A stretch of DNA of 64,000 nt from Longimicrobiales bacterium (lineage in GTDB: Bacteria; Gemmatimonadota; Gemmatimonadetes; Longimicrobiales; Gaopeijiaceae): positions 928,001 through 992,000 of the forward strand of contig CBDCNQ010000004.1 in the NCBI GenBank assembly GCA_965219445.1, in the 5' to 3' direction. A program made the position numbers and the translations under genes. Below are positions 19,571 through 29,424 of this stretch, piece by piece (the first letter of the stretch is position 1; each line of letters begins with the position of its first letter). The notes beneath the pieces are model-generated. The model made no database searches and had not been told where the DNA came from. It worked only from the letters and a program-made list of their open reading frames with translations.

Positions 19571-20968
19571 CTACCGGCTGTTGACGGCGATCGGCTGCTG
19601 GCGGCCCTCCCTCTCTGCGACCAGCCGCGCGAAGTCCTCATCGTCGTAAAACGTCATCCCCAACCGTAATCTGAACATTTCGTCGACGGTCCGTGAGCCA
19701 CCTGTTATCCACTGGTCGGGATCCGTGTTGGCGGCGTTATTCTCAGTGTTGTCAAACACCGACGTTATGATGACCGTGGTGCCCTTCGGCAATAACGGCC
19801 TCGCATCGTCCTCGTACAGGAACGCGGTGTGCCAGCGCTGGTCGCAGTCGAGCTTGTTGATCAACTCATACTGGCCGTCAGGATAGACTACCTCTAAGAC
19901 ATTGTATGCGCCGAGCAGGTGCATATGACCCCGGATAGCGTGAACCTGGGCATTGCCCTCCAGTCGAAATGCGCTCCGGAAAGTCGCCTGGCTATTCGGT
20001 GCAATGAGGAGCGGAGTGTCCTGCATACCCGGCATGCTACCCTGGTCGAACACCACGTCGCCCTCGGTCGGATAGGGAAGCTCTCCCTCCGGGTACAGCC
20101 ACACGCCTACCTGCAACGCGACCTCTTCCAGATCCGCTTCGAGCTTCGCCGGGTAGAAATGCGGGTTGAAAGTGATCAGGTCTCCCTCCTTGAGCAGTCT
20201 GCCCGTACCCTCAGGGAAGATCGATCCTTGCACTCCCACCGCCGCTTCCGCCAGTTGGTCTCGATTCCCCCTCACCGCGTGGGTGCCCGGGCCCTGATAC
20301 AGATCCTCTGGCGCCCGATTCGCCACGCGAGCGGAGCCGTGATGGAAGACAGATGCCGATCCGGGGTTCATGGGCCTGAGCTCCACGGCCCTGACCCACC
20401 GCTCCCCGGCGACGCCCATGTCGCTCGTCATCTCCACGGGGGGCAGATTCGGCCATTGGTCCATCCCGTCGGCCTTCACCGTGTAGAACGGCGAAGTGAT
20501 CACCACGTCCGGAGCACGACCGAACTCATCTTCGTACGCCCACGCCTCTCCCCATGCGGGCCAGTCGATCGGAGGCGGCTCGTCCGCCGGGTCACCGCGC
20601 GGCGCGCCCGCATCCACCCATCGAACGATCGTTTCGATCTCCTCACTGCTCAGCGACCGGTCATTCTTGAAGCTCTGGATCCCCACCTCCGTGTCCATCG
20701 GCCACGGCGGCATGATTCGCTTTGATACCTGGTCCTTGATCAGGGGCGCCCACGAGCTTGCGTCTTCGTAGGTCAAGAGGGACATCGGAGCGACGCTGCC
20801 CGGCCGATGGCACACCTGGCAGTTCTCCTGAATGATCGGCGCCACGTCCTTCGCGTACACGACAGCGTCGTCCGCTTGGGCTGAAGCCAGCGCTGGCAAC
20901 ACCAACCCAGCCAGCCCTCCCCACAGCAAGCGTTCAAGCCTCTTTGGAAAGAACGTTTTCCCGTTCAT
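19571..20968 (-). CDS. Cytochrome c - copper type II (PHM/DBH-like) monooxygenase fusion, exported
   Basis: Signal peptide ends ASA. Heme motif CQVCH plus MPPW. Cu-ligand pattern FHH, PHFY, HMH and DEM. Confidence 0.8.
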   Translation of the reverse strand: MNGKTFFPKRLERLLWGGLAGLVLPALASAQADDAVVYAKDVAPIIQENCQVCHRPGSVAPMSLLTYEDASSWAPLIKDQVSKRIMPPWPMDTEVGIQSFKNDRSLSSEEIETIVRWVDAGAPRGDPADEPPPIDWPAWGEAWAYEDEFGRAPDVVITSPFYTVKADGMDQWPNLPPVEMTSDMGVAGERWVRAVELRPMNPGSASVFHHGSARVANRAPEDLYQGPGTHAVRGNRDQLAEAAVGVQGSIFPEGTGRLLKEGDLITFNPHFYPAKLEADLEEVALQVGVWLYPEGELPYPTEGDVVFDQGSMPGMQDTPLLIAPNSQATFRSAFRLEGNAQVHAIRGHMHLLGAYNVLEVVYPDGQYELINKLDCDQRWHTAFLYEDDARPLLPKGTTVIITSVFDNTENNAANTDPDQWITGGSRTVDEMFRLRLGMTFYDDEDFARLVAEREGRQQPIAVNSR

Positions 20969-21103
20969 CTCACGGTGCTCCTGCTGGTGAGTTTCGCAGC
21001 TATTTTTCCACTGATGATACGTAACCCACCATAACAATGCAGGCAAGCCGCCCACCGCCGTACGGGTCGGATCGCTCCCAGGTAGTAACGGCTCGCCGGG
21101 TAT

Positions 21104-21132
21104 TTGACAGGCCCCAGAAGGGCCGATATTCT
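21104..21132 (+). promoter_or_regulatory. Putative sigma70 promoter for the amidohydrolase
   Basis: TTGACA-N17-TATTCT. Confidence 0.6.
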
Positions 21133-21245
21133 TGCCGTTCTTTACCTGTGCGTACTGCGGTAGCTCTTGGCTGGATGATGGGAACCTACTGGACAATGGG
21201 AGCCCAAATGTTTTACTCCCGCCAAGGCGTGACAGGAGGGGTTCC

Positions 21246-22640
21246 ATGCGCTGGACAAGGATGTCAAGGGCGGCCGTTGCCTTAACGGCCTCGATCTGGA
21301 GCACAGCTGGGTCCCTCGTAGCCCAGGGGGGCGCAGGGCAAGGAGACAATCCATTCTTCGCGCCGGCCGACCAGGTGGTCGCGATTCGTGCGGGTCGTTT
21401 GTTTGATGGCACGTCATCCATGCACTTGGCAGATCAAATCATCCTCATCAGGGGCGATCGGATTGTAGACGTGGGTTCGAACGTGCGGATCCCGTCCGGG
21501 GCCACCGTGATCAATCTGGGTGGGGCGACGGTGCTTCCGGGATTGATCGACACGCACCTTCACATGATGGGGAACGGGACGCCTGGGCAGCAGTGGATTG
21601 TGGGGGTGCAAGCGGCCCAGATGGCCTTGAACGGAGGCTGGACGACCGTGGTCGACCAGGGCTCGCGCGAGAATTTACCCTGGGCCACGATCGAAATGAA
21701 GAACGCGATCAATAGCGGCCAAATGCTTGGGCCACGAATGCAAGTTGCAGGACCCGTCCTGAATCCGCGGGGCGGCGGGGCCGTACGGCAACTGCCGATC
21801 GGCTACGAGGACCTTCAGGTTCCTGGCGATAGGCTGGGCGTGTCGGGTCCATGGGAAGCCCGCCGCGCCGTTCGCACGCTCAAGTTGTACGGCGCCGATT
21901 GGGTAAAAGTCTACAGCACGTGGGACTTCCTGGACCCGGCGCAGGGCAGGTTTTACCAGGCGGACGGGACGATGCTCGGCCTTCCGGCGCTGACCTTCGA
22001 GGAATTCGAGGCAATCGCGGACGAGTCTCGCCGGTTGGGGTTGAGAACCACATGTCACACCTATGGGCACGAAGAGGCCGCCTATAGCTGCGTGCGTGCG
22101 GGATTCGACGTGCCCATGCATATGATGGACCTCGACGACACGCTCCTGCAGGAGGTCGTCGAGAACGGTACGTCTGTGCAGATTACCTTCAACGATGCAT
22201 ACAATGGTGGATTTCCCGAGGGACGGGGTCCGCGCTGGATCAAGACGGAGGAGCTCTTCGTCAGACTGCTCGCCGCCGATATACCGATCCCGTTCGGGAG
22301 TGGCTCCCAGGGCTCTCCGTTCTCAGACACCAGGCCGAGAAGGATCGGTAAACAGGCGAACATTTTTTCCGTATTCGTAAGGCTGGGGATGACCCCGGCG
22401 CAGGCGCTTAACTCGGCCATGATGGTCGCGGCCGACGACTTGAATTACGACTGGGCAGAGGACATAGGGAGCATCGAGGCCGGAAAGTACGCCGACATTG
22501 TTGCGGTTGCGGGTGACCCGCTGGTCGATATTACCGAGATGGAGCGGGTCCGGTTTGTGATGAAGGGTGGAGTGGTGATCCGCGACGACCTCACGGACGA
22601 CCGGCCCGAGATCCTGTCCCTGCGCGGGGCCGGGAACTGA
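21246..22640 (+). CDS. Amidohydrolase family protein (Xaa-Pro dipeptidase-like), exported
   Basis: AGGAGG RBS and signal peptide. LPGLIDTHLH, WVKVY, TCHTYG and GSIEAGKYADIVAV. Confidence 0.9.
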   Translation: MRWTRMSRAAVALTASIWSTAGSLVAQGGAGQGDNPFFAPADQVVAIRAGRLFDGTSSMHLADQIILIRGDRIVDVGSNVRIPSGATVINLGGATVLPGLIDTHLHMMGNGTPGQQWIVGVQAAQMALNGGWTTVVDQGSRENLPWATIEMKNAINSGQMLGPRMQVAGPVLNPRGGGAVRQLPIGYEDLQVPGDRLGVSGPWEARRAVRTLKLYGADWVKVYSTWDFLDPAQGRFYQADGTMLGLPALTFEEFEAIADESRRLGLRTTCHTYGHEEAAYSCVRAGFDVPMHMMDLDDTLLQEVVENGTSVQITFNDAYNGGFPEGRGPRWIKTEELFVRLLAADIPIPFGSGSQGSPFSDTRPRRIGKQANIFSVFVRLGMTPAQALNSAMMVAADDLNYDWAEDIGSIEAGKYADIVAVAGDPLVDITEMERVRFVMKGGVVIRDDLTDDRPEILSLRGAGN

Positions 22641-22650
22641 CTGAGGAGCC

Positions 22651-23583
22651 TCAAGGAACCTTCGAGTACTTCCTCAAGTAGTGGCTTCGATTCGAGGCGG
22701 CGTAGACATTCCCCGACGGGTCCGCAGCGACCCAATGGATGCCTTCTGTTCCCTCGATCACACCCAGGAGCTTCCCGTCGCTGGCGTCGGCGATCCACAC
22801 TTTGGCGTTGACGCCATCGGCGACAAAGAGCCGGTCATCCTTGGTCAGGAACAAGGCGTAGGGGGTACCCAGGTGGGTCCACTGGTCGAGAAAAGCGCCT
22901 TCAAAATCGAAAATCTGCACGCGACTGTTTCCGCGGTCGGCCACCAACACCCGATTCCGCGAGTCGATGGTGATGCTGTGCACCGTGTTGAACTGGCCTG
23001 GCTCCGTGCCTGCGTCGCCCCAGTCCTTGATGAACTCGCCGGTCCTGTCGAACTTGGCCACTCTCGTGTTGACGTAACCGTCCGACACGAAGAAATCGCC
23101 GTTCGGAGCGACAGCCACATCGGTAGGCCGGTTGAACGTGCGCGGTCCGTCCCCGGCAACGTCGTACCGACCTAGGGTCATCAGGAGCTCGCTCCCGCTG
23201 GGGCTCCACTTCTTGACCTGATGACCCTGACCGTCGATGGTCCAAATATATCCTTCGTGGTCGACGCGGATGGCATGGGTCCACATGGCGATGTCCTGGC
23301 CCCACTCCTTTACCAGATTACCCGCCCGATCGAGGTTCCAAACATTGTTGGCGTCGCGCCTGAATGCGTAGATATTACCCTCGTCATCGGTGGTTACCCC
23401 GGATACTCCACCGATGTCTTCCGGCCCGGTAATCCAGTCCTCGACCATTCGATAGCTGCCGCCGGATAGTCGGTCCTGGGCCGTATAATTCGCCGACGCT
23501 TCGGTGCTCTCCGCTGGCCCACAGCTCGCTCCGAACGCAGTGATCACGCCAAGAGACGGCAACCACCGCGCGAAAGGCCTCAT
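22651..23583 (-). CDS. NHL-repeat lipoprotein, PAL-like
   Basis: Lipobox-like GASC. Motifs THAI, SDGYVNTR, VHSI, ADRGNSR and IHWV. ATGA overlap with the ankyrin gene. Confidence 0.85.
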   Translation of the reverse strand: MRPFARWLPSLGVITAFGASCGPAESTEASANYTAQDRLSGGSYRMVEDWITGPEDIGGVSGVTTDDEGNIYAFRRDANNVWNLDRAGNLVKEWGQDIAMWTHAIRVDHEGYIWTIDGQGHQVKKWSPSGSELLMTLGRYDVAGDGPRTFNRPTDVAVAPNGDFFVSDGYVNTRVAKFDRTGEFIKDWGDAGTEPGQFNTVHSITIDSRNRVLVADRGNSRVQIFDFEGAFLDQWTHLGTPYALFLTKDDRLFVADGVNAKVWIADASDGKLLGVIEGTEGIHWVAADPSGNVYAASNRSHYLRKYSKVP

Positions 23584-25064
23584 CGAGGCGAACCGGGCTC
23601 AGTCGCCGTGATGGCGCCCTCACCGACAAGAAACTCCGCGACCGAGTCGTACCCCAGGGCGACCGCGGCCTCAAGTGCCGTGCTCGCCCCACCCACACCC
23701 CGATTTCGTGCATTCCCGACGGCATTCAGATCGACACCGGCCTCCACCAGCAACTTGACGGTGTCCAGCACCCTCGCCTCATCAGCCTCGAGAACAGTCC
23801 ACGCCCTCCCGGTACCCATCTTGACCGCTGCCATCAGGGTCGTGGTAATCTCCTCCTGTCGTGGAGACAGAATGCCGCCCTGACCCCCACCGTAGTACAC
23901 GCCGTGATGCACGAACATCGGATCGGCTCCGTGCTCCAGCAGGCCGCGTACGATGGGCGGGGTACTGAAACGAGCAGCCAGCCAGAGTGGAGTGGCTCCA
24001 ACCCACGCTTTGTTCAGATAGAAATCGGTGGTCGATCCGCGTTGGTGGGGTGTGAAGTCCCCGAGCGGGAGGTTGGGATCCGCGCCCTGTGCCAGGAGAA
24101 GCTCCACTGTCTCCTCGTTCTGACGCAGGACCGCTGCGATCAGCGGCGTGAAGCGGTGGGCTCCCGCGTTCGGGTCGGCGCCCTGCTCGAGCAGAAACTC
24201 TACGAATTCGGGGAATTGCCCAGGGAGAATCTGATCACGATCGAAATACACGAGCTGCCTGGTTGTCTGCTCCCGGATCAGGAACTGTTCTCCAAAGTCG
24301 GCGTAGGTCGCGATGGCCAACGGTGTAGTGCCCCAGGCGGATGGCGCGTCCACGTCGGCGCCAGCGGCCACGAGGTACTTCGCGGACTCGAGGTCGCCCA
24401 CCCGCGCGGCGAACATCAGCGCGGTGTTGCCTCCATGCCTGAACCATCCCTGATGCTCCGGGTGGGCATGCGGGGACTGGGCCATGTACTGGTCCCAGGC
24501 ATCCGATGCGGTATGCACGTCCGCACCGTGCTCGATCAAGACCTTCACGACGTCCGGGTGGCGCTGAGCGGCCGCGAACATGAGCGGCGTCTGGCCGCGG
24601 GCCCCGTGGGCGTTCACGTCGGCGCCTTTCTCGAGGAGCATCCTGACCACCTCGGGGTTACCCGAGCGAGAGGCGGTGATGAGCGGCGTCTCGCCGAGTA
24701 GCAGCGGCGCGTCGGGATCTGCTCCCGCAGCTAACAACTCGTCGGCCACGGCCGCGCTGCCGTTCCGGCTGGCAGCCCAGATCGGCGTTGCACCGAGATC
24801 ATTGGCGATGTTCACGTCGGCGCCGGCGCGAATGAGAAGCTCTACGCTCTCGAAATCGTCCCTGTAACTCGCCCACAGGAGAGCGGTGGAGCCGTCCGCC
24901 GTCTGCACGTCGACGTCGGCTCCTGCATCCAAGAGCGCCCGCAGCGCGCCCCGGTCACCGTTCTTTGCCGCGTCGACCAGCGGGTCATCACTCCAACCGG
25001 CCCCGATGAGGATCAGGGCCAGCCCGAGTGAGGTCAGGCATTGCAGCCTGCGTGTCATCCACAT
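23580..25064 (-). CDS. Exported ankyrin-repeat protein
   Basis: Many GxTPL/TALxxAA...LLxxGADVN repeats after a signal peptide. Confidence 0.9.
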   Translation of the reverse strand: MWMTRRLQCLTSLGLALILIGAGWSDDPLVDAAKNGDRGALRALLDAGADVDVQTADGSTALLWASYRDDFESVELLIRAGADVNIANDLGATPIWAASRNGSAAVADELLAAGADPDAPLLLGETPLITASRSGNPEVVRMLLEKGADVNAHGARGQTPLMFAAAQRHPDVVKVLIEHGADVHTASDAWDQYMAQSPHAHPEHQGWFRHGGNTALMFAARVGDLESAKYLVAAGADVDAPSAWGTTPLAIATYADFGEQFLIREQTTRQLVYFDRDQILPGQFPEFVEFLLEQGADPNAGAHRFTPLIAAVLRQNEETVELLLAQGADPNLPLGDFTPHQRGSTTDFYLNKAWVGATPLWLAARFSTPPIVRGLLEHGADPMFVHHGVYYGGGQGGILSPRQEEITTTLMAAVKMGTGRAWTVLEADEARVLDTVKLLVEAGVDLNAVGNARNRGVGGASTALEAAVALGYDSVAEFLVGEGAITATEPGSPR

Positions 25065-25087
25065 CCTCCCGACTCCGTGGCCAGTCC

Positions 25088-26440
25088 CTACATCTCGGCG
25101 AGTGTATCGATCTCGAGTCGGCCGGTACTGCCCCCGACCCGACCGAGCGGCATGTCGAACTTGTCGAGCAGTGTGACGAGTAGGTTCGCCATCAGGGGTG
25201 AGTCGAGATAGTTGAGATGCCGGCCGCCGTTGAGGCGTCCATTCCCACCGCCGGTCAACATCAGGGGCAGATCCACGTGCGAGTGCCGCGTGCTGTTGGA
25301 AATGCCGCCGCCGTACAGGATCGTCATATGGTCGAAAAGCGAGCCATCGCCGTCGGGCGTCTGGCGAAGCTTCTCCAGATATCGGGTAACCAACTCGACG
25401 TGGTACCGATTGATCTTCGACATTCGCTCGATCAACTCGGGAACGTTGTTGTGGTGCGACAGCGGGTGGTGCGCGTCGGGCACGCCGATCTGCGGGTACG
25501 GTCGAGCGTTCTGCTCCTTGCCGAACATGAACGAGCTGACCCTGGTCAGGTCAGCCTGGAAGGCCAGGAGCTGAAGGTCGAACATCAGCTCCATGTGCTC
25601 TTCATATGAGGTCGGTGCGCCCTCCGGTGCTTCGAAGAACGGCAGCTCGATGTCGATCTGTTCCTCGGCAATTTGAATGCGCCGTTCGACGTCACGGACC
25701 GCCTCTGCATATTCATCGATCTTCAGGTTGTCCTGCGGCCCGAGCTCTCTCTTGAGAGCCGCCACCTCATCGATTACCGAGTCCAGAAGGCTCCGCTGCT
25801 GCCGCAGACGCCGTTCCCGCGCTCCCCGCTCCGTGCTGCCGCTGTCGCCAAACAACCGCTCGAACACCGCTCGCGGGTTGGACTCCATGGGCAACGGCTG
25901 GGTTGGGCTGCGCCAGGAGACGGTATGTGTGTAGACACAATTCAGTGTCAGATCACAAACCCCCGCGTTGGCGGGTTTGTCCATCGAAAGCTCTAGCGAC
26001 GCGACTTGCGTCTCCTTTTCGAATCGCCTGGCTAGCAACTGGTCGAATGAAACGTCTGCCACCGTCTCCGTGTTGTTACGCCCATGACGTGTCGTGCCCG
26101 TCAGGAACGACCCGGAGGCGCCGGCATGGTTGCCGCTCCAAGTCGCATCGAGGCCGGAGAGCACCAACATCTGGTCCTTGAACGGTGCCATCGGTTCCAG
26201 GATGGGTGAAAGCTCGAAGTCCCTTCCCACTCCCTGTGGGGTCCAGTACTCCATGGCCATCCCGTTCGGCACATAGATGGTCTGGAACCGATGCGCGGGG
26301 TCGGCGCGCGCCTGCCCGCGCAGACCGAACCTGGTTGGCGACATGGCTTCCAGGAAGGGCAACGCCAACACCGCCCCCGCACCCCGCAGGACAGTCCGAC
26401 GGGAGAGTGGTCTTCCAATGATGAATGCCATCTGTCGCAT
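25088..26440 (-). CDS. DUF1552 domain protein (Tat signal)
   Basis: LSRRTVLRGAG...LPFLEAM, YVPNG, NPRAVFERLFG and HHPLSHH. Confidence 0.9.
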   Translation of the reverse strand: MRQMAFIIGRPLSRRTVLRGAGAVLALPFLEAMSPTRFGLRGQARADPAHRFQTIYVPNGMAMEYWTPQGVGRDFELSPILEPMAPFKDQMLVLSGLDATWSGNHAGASGSFLTGTTRHGRNNTETVADVSFDQLLARRFEKETQVASLELSMDKPANAGVCDLTLNCVYTHTVSWRSPTQPLPMESNPRAVFERLFGDSGSTERGARERRLRQQRSLLDSVIDEVAALKRELGPQDNLKIDEYAEAVRDVERRIQIAEEQIDIELPFFEAPEGAPTSYEEHMELMFDLQLLAFQADLTRVSSFMFGKEQNARPYPQIGVPDAHHPLSHHNNVPELIERMSKINRYHVELVTRYLEKLRQTPDGDGSLFDHMTILYGGGISNSTRHSHVDLPLMLTGGGNGRLNGGRHLNYLDSPLMANLLVTLLDKFDMPLGRVGGSTGRLEIDTLAEM

Positions 26441-26453
26441 CTCCTCTGCGCTG

Positions 26454-26487
26454 TGGAACCGGTCCTCTGCTGGAACCGGTCCTCTGC
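26454..26487. repeat. Perfect 17-bp tandem duplication (TGGAACCGGTCCTCTGC x2)
   Basis: Copies at 26454-26470 and 26471-26487, between the DUF1592 and DUF1552 genes. Confidence 0.9.
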
Positions 26488-26506
26488 TATCGAACCAAGC
26501 GACCGC

Positions 26507-29101
26507 TTACTGCGTCATACGTGCCCGCATCAAGAAGCCAGGGCTCTCGACAATTCCGGCGATGACCGAGGACCAACGGTACCCGTCGGCCTTCGCGTCG
26601 TTCACGATCCTGCGTACCGCGGGGCGATCGTAGTACTCCAATCTACGCCCCAGAGCGTAAACCATGAGCTTTGCGGTCACGGTGTTGGCAAACTGATCGC
26701 CCTGATCGAGCAACATCGCACGCAAGCCCGCAAATCCATCCACCGCCGCACCGCTCGGCGAGGCCCCGGAATCATCGACCGGATTGCCCTTTCCGTCGCG
26801 TGTCCGCCAAGCCCCAACGGCGTCGAAGCTCTCCAGCGCGAACCCGAGCGGATCCATGACCGAGTGGCACGTGGCGCACACGGGATCGGTCCGGTGTGAC
26901 TCCAGCCGTTCACGTATCGTTGCGTCCGGAGAAAACCTCTCGTCCTCGATGTCGGTGTTCACACCAGCCGGAGGTGCGGGCACGGGCGTGCCCAGAATGT
27001 TATCGAGCAGCCATTTGCCACGCAGCACGGGCGAAGTCCGGTTGGGGTACGACGTCAGGGTCAAAAGCGCGCTTTGCCCGAGCAATCCGCCACGCTCCTG
27101 GAGGTTGGGGAGGACAACCCGCCGCATGCGGCTGCCGTAGACGTCCGAAATCCCGTAGTGCCGTGCCAGCCGTTCGTTGAGGAACGTGTAGTCCGCGCTC
27201 AAGAGGTCGAACACGCTCCGGTCCTCGGTGATCGTGCTGGCGACGAACATTTCGGTCTCGAGGCGCATCGCCTCCAGCAGGTTGTTGTCGAATCGAGGAA
27301 ACAGGTCTTCGTCCGCGACCTCGTCCGCGAGGACGCGTAGATTCAGCCACTGACTGGCGAAACCGTTGGTAAGAGCATCGGCGGCGCGCGGATCGGCCAA
27401 CATTCGCAGCACCTGCTGTCTCAGAACCGTGGGGTCCGTAAGCCTTCCCTGCTCCGCCAGGTCGAGGAGTGTTTCATCTGGAATGCTGCTCCACACGAAG
27501 AAAGACAGCCGCGAGGCGATCTCCAGGTCGCTGAGGCGATAGGCGTCGGACGCCTGCGACGGCGGATCCCGATGGACGCGCAGCAGAAAAGCCGGGTCAA
27601 CCAGCATCCGTTCGAGGGCGAACTGAATTCCCGCCTCGAAGCTCTGCCCGTCTTGCCTACCCTGATCGAAGAACTCCATCAACTTCTGGACGTCCTCGCT
27701 CGTGACCGGTCGCCGATAGGCGCGCCGGGCCATCCGTTCGACGATCCTGGCAGCGCACTCCTGCTCCTCCGCTTCGGCCTCCGGCTCGCAAACGAAGATC
27801 TCCCGACGACTGGGGGTGTCGCCCGTCGATACGGAGATCTGGTACGGGCCTTCGATCATGAGATCGTTCACGCCCTGATAGTCCATATACCTGGCGTCAT
27901 CCTTCAACGTCTTCCCCCACTCCCGCAGCGGCGGTTGTGGGAGAAGATTTTCCAGCTCCCACATGTACATGGGGAATGCCACTCCGACGACGTGGGGTCC
28001 GCCCGTGATGAACGTGCGAACCTGCAAATGATCGTCCGCCGCGCCTTGCATGTAGGCTTCCCACTCCCAGTCGCCCTCGAAGCCAGGGCTACCGGCCCCT
28101 TCGTAGGTGCCCGGAGCGGGTCGATATGCCCCAGCCTCCCCCCCGGCTGTAAACCGGCCCATCAGCCCACCATCGAGGCGGAACTCGATCTCTTGTGGCC
28201 ACCCCATCCCCTTGAGGTAGTCCGCATAATTCGCAGTCAGGTTGACCTTGATGAGGTACTCACCATCGGCTGGGAAGTGGTATCGGATCGCCATGCCCCC
28301 ACGGGATCCGAGCGGCAGATCTTCGTCCATCAGATCCGTCTGTTTCAGGAGCTCGTCGACTCGGAAGATCTTGAAGTCCGCCCCTACGGGGGGCAGACCT
28401 GTCGCCAGACGCGTCACCTGACGGGCCACCGACACGTATCGTTCCAGATGGGCTGTCGAAATCGTGAGGGACGCTGCGATGTTGTCGAAACTACCGTCCG
28501 CCGTCTCGTCCCCGGGCAAGAGGTCCCTTACCTCGATATCGAGCGCCAACAGGTCGCGAATCGCGTTGTTGTACTCCGTGCGGTTCAAGCGGTGGATTGC
28601 GTCGATCCTGCCTGGATACGGATTGGCGGCCCACGCCGCGTCGAGCTCCGTCTCCAACTGGCCCGCCACGGCCGCATAGGTATCGCGATCGGGCCGCCGC
28701 CGCCCGACCGGTGGCATCGTGCCCGTCCGAAGTTTCGTGACCACCTTCTCCCACGTTGCGGGATGGGTGCCCGGGCGCGACGCATCCAGGGTGTCGAACG
28801 ACAAGTTGGCATTGCCTAGTCTCTCGTTATGACAGACGACGCAGTATTCGTTCAGGACGGCCTCAACATCAACTGCCTGTTGATGGACTTCCGGCTGGCT
28901 GTCATCGAACCCGGGAGCTTGCAGCGATGGGGTCTGCCCCGATGGGGTCTGCACTGGTTGGGCGTGCCCGAGCGATCCGCCGGCACCCCACACGAACACC
29001 CCCACGATCCCAGTGCTCAGCAGGAGCGCGTAGCCAGTCGCATATCCAGCCCGCGAGCGGTCCCTTGACATCTGTCGGGCGTTCGGCCTGATGAACCGCA
29101 T
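26507..29101 (-). CDS. DUF1592/DUF1587/DUF1588/DUF1585/DUF1595 multi-domain diheme cytochrome c protein
   Basis: CVVCH, HRLNRTEYNNAIRDLL, ASRLSFFVWSSIPD, RTSPVLRGKW and CATCH. Confidence 0.9.
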   Translation of the reverse strand: MRFIRPNARQMSRDRSRAGYATGYALLLSTGIVGVFVWGAGGSLGHAQPVQTPSGQTPSLQAPGFDDSQPEVHQQAVDVEAVLNEYCVVCHNERLGNANLSFDTLDASRPGTHPATWEKVVTKLRTGTMPPVGRRRPDRDTYAAVAGQLETELDAAWAANPYPGRIDAIHRLNRTEYNNAIRDLLALDIEVRDLLPGDETADGSFDNIAASLTISTAHLERYVSVARQVTRLATGLPPVGADFKIFRVDELLKQTDLMDEDLPLGSRGGMAIRYHFPADGEYLIKVNLTANYADYLKGMGWPQEIEFRLDGGLMGRFTAGGEAGAYRPAPGTYEGAGSPGFEGDWEWEAYMQGAADDHLQVRTFITGGPHVVGVAFPMYMWELENLLPQPPLREWGKTLKDDARYMDYQGVNDLMIEGPYQISVSTGDTPSRREIFVCEPEAEAEEQECAARIVERMARRAYRRPVTSEDVQKLMEFFDQGRQDGQSFEAGIQFALERMLVDPAFLLRVHRDPPSQASDAYRLSDLEIASRLSFFVWSSIPDETLLDLAEQGRLTDPTVLRQQVLRMLADPRAADALTNGFASQWLNLRVLADEVADEDLFPRFDNNLLEAMRLETEMFVASTITEDRSVFDLLSADYTFLNERLARHYGISDVYGSRMRRVVLPNLQERGGLLGQSALLTLTSYPNRTSPVLRGKWLLDNILGTPVPAPPAGVNTDIEDERFSPDATIRERLESHRTDPVCATCHSVMDPLGFALESFDAVGAWRTRDGKGNPVDDSGASPSGAAVDGFAGLRAMLLDQGDQFANTVTAKLMVYALGRRLEYYDRPAVRRIVNDAKADGYRWSSVIAGIVESPGFLMRARMTQ

Positions 29102-29161
29102 CCGCCTCCTAGGCAGGCACCCTCTACGGAACCCGTTGATTCTGAACCTTAACAGTCAAGC

Positions 29162-29191
29162 AACGTAGAAGCGGGCGTTGAGGGGTGTCAA
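29162..29191 (-). promoter_or_regulatory. Putative sigma70 promoter for the DUF1592 operon
   Basis: Minus strand TTGACA-N18-TACGTT, about 60 bp upstream of the start codon. Confidence 0.45.
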
Positions 29192-29424
29192 GCGCGTTGC
29201 CGCCACTCGGGTTTTAGGGGATCACTTTGCTATGATGGAGTATCGGATCGGGTCGGAGTAAGGCCGCGCAGGGACACCAGCGAGAGCTCGATTAGGGTAG
29301 CCGCTAAGCAGGGCTGTAGCGGCTTTGCGCCGGTAGAGTCGCCGGAGTATCATGCCTCCCTGTTGTTTGGTTGTACTCTGACCCCCCGGCTACCCCCATA
29401 GCATGGGCCAAGGATGGTGGTATC

